Source: Callorhinchus milii (lineage: Eukaryota). Taken from it: a DNA stretch of 64,000 nt. Every line of letters starts with the position of its first letter. Within the stretch, counting starts at the first letter, position 1. Shown in pieces: positions 62,481-64,000 of this stretch. Under the pieces are notes generated by a model. The model saw only the letters and a program-made list of their open reading frames with translations, was not told where the DNA came from and made no database searches. A program made the position numbers and the translations under genes. The DNA is taken from the NCBI RefSeq assembly GCF_018977255.1, contig NW_024704742.1, positions 6,512,001 to 6,576,000 of the forward strand, written 5' to 3'.

Positions 62481-62726
62481 AAAATATGGGATCAAAGTTA
62501 TGGTATTCATAACTATATATTTAAGGTAAAAGGTTAAAAATGTTTTGAAATTCCCCGCTCTGGGATTTCTTTACAATGGTAACCTGACTGAAAATGTTGT
62601 TGAGCTGCCATCTTGAATTCTCGTTCAAGCCGATGTTTTCAACCGCTTATCGTTTTAAATAATAACCCTTGCATTTGGTATAGCATCTCTCACGTTGGGA
62701 GGACATCCCAAAAAGCTTCACTGGAT

Positions 62727-62753
62727 GGGAGAGAGAGAGGGGAGAGAGAGATG

Positions 62754-62784
<31 letters not shown>

Positions 62785-62786
62785 GG
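62727..62786. repeat. (GA)n plus poly-G tract inside a minus-strand SINE remnant (62658-62906)
   Basis: Read directly. Confidence 0.9.
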
Positions 62787-62908
62787 TGGAGATATACTGT
62801 AATGTGTAGTTATAGTGTATTTTTATTATTAAGGGATTATTACCCCCGGAAAGTGATCCAACAATCGAGTAAGAACCGGGTATCTACTTATTGCTAGTTG
62901 AACAGTGA

Positions 62909-63240
62909 GCAAGCGAGAGGAACTGGGTTCGATTCCCGGGCACGGCGAGGCTTTGGTGGGTTTCCTTACTCCACACGCCTCTGTTTACCTAGCTGTAAGT
63001 AGGAACCTCATTGTTAGTCAATCGGCAGATCGCTTTCCTGGGGCTAATAATCCCTTCAAATTTTTTTTAAAATAATAATTTGGTCACTTAATCTATGGGA
63101 CAATTTGTGGGACACTGCTACGCACAATTGGCTGCCACGTTTCACATACAAAAATATACAGTCAATCCACTTGACAGTATATTCTGTGAAGCGCTTTGAG
63201 ATGTCTCGATGATATGATGAGGTGCTATATCAAATACAAG
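62909..63240 (+). mobile_element. Young SINE, long form, 5'-truncated
   Basis: GGTTCGATTCCCGG B box; CCACACGCCTCTGTTTACCTAGCTGTAAGTAGGAACC; Deu domain and tail. Confidence 0.92.
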
Positions 63241-64000
63241 AGGGTACAAGCAGCACTCTTTGGCTTGTGTGTCATAATGTCTTGGAAGCCATCCACAAAA
63301 GTGAACTTGGGATTGATTACCGAGACCAGGAGCCAGTTGGTGCCTTGGTGTGGAAACCAGATGATTCTCATCCTGCACAGAGACACGCTTAATGAAACAC
63401 ATTATCTAATCAGAGCTTCCCTGGTGCCTCTCTTGTTCCAGCTTCAGCAACTTGCCTTAGAGTGGAAGTTGGGCCACTTCGCCAGTGAAACTCCTAATGG
63501 AAACTTCACCTCACGCAAAGATAAGATGGATTTTTTGTTGGCAGCTGGGGCAGATTAAGAAGTTGAAAAGCAATGCTAGCTGGAAAAAGAGGAACAGAAC
63601 AGGTCTGGAGGAATCCTTACCTTCAGAGGCAAGCATCTGGTCCACATTAAGTCAAAGCTAGCGAGCTGCCTTTATTACACGAACCAGCCAGAGGACAGGA
63701 ATCGAAAGCTCTCCAGTGGGTTACCACGTTATTATTTTCTTCTTTCCTCGACATATCCTCCACTTTGTTGATCATTTTGGATCGGGACAAATGCTTTTAA
63801 AGTGCTGTCTGAACACGTTATTGCTTTTGTGAGTTCCCGCATCAGGAAATGAAACGGTCAGTGTAAAAGCTACAGTTTCAACCACCGGTGCGGATCTACA
63901 GATGGCCAGAAGTGTTGAGGGTGTTTGGCCAGCTACATTTTAAATAATTTAGCGCACGTGCATTTCAGCAGTGTTGAGAACATGGTGCGGTTATAGAGCC

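Overview
This is AT-rich, CpG-depleted vertebrate non-coding DNA (intergenic or a very large intron). I can support no protein-coding gene. The repeat content points to a cartilaginous fish, most likely a chimaera/elephant-shark-like genome; this comes from recalled repeat families, not a database search. The window is dominated by retroposons: (1) a young tRNA-Ala-like SINE with a Deu-type 3' domain, an L2-derived tail and (ATT)n ends, present as a long form and a ~60-nt-deleted short form; (2) an older DeuSINE family with a different head and body; (3) many 5'-truncated CR1 and L2 LINE fragments; (4) one internally deleted Penelope-like element with inverted termini; (5) a few possible DNA-transposon ends and very old unclassified repeats. 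The ORFs with recognisable protein motifs are decayed LINE ORF2 pieces; the rest look like chance frames or SINE read-through. Several repeat-free blocks that retain CpG and homeodomain motifs look like candidate conserved non-coding elements, and a few minus-strand exon-like segments are noted at low confidence. The best-supported observations concern modular SINE evolution: a composite CORE-like plus Deu architecture, compensatory base changes in the shared LINE/SINE 3' stem-loop, and nested insertions that give a relative age order. I found no convincing novel multi-gene system.
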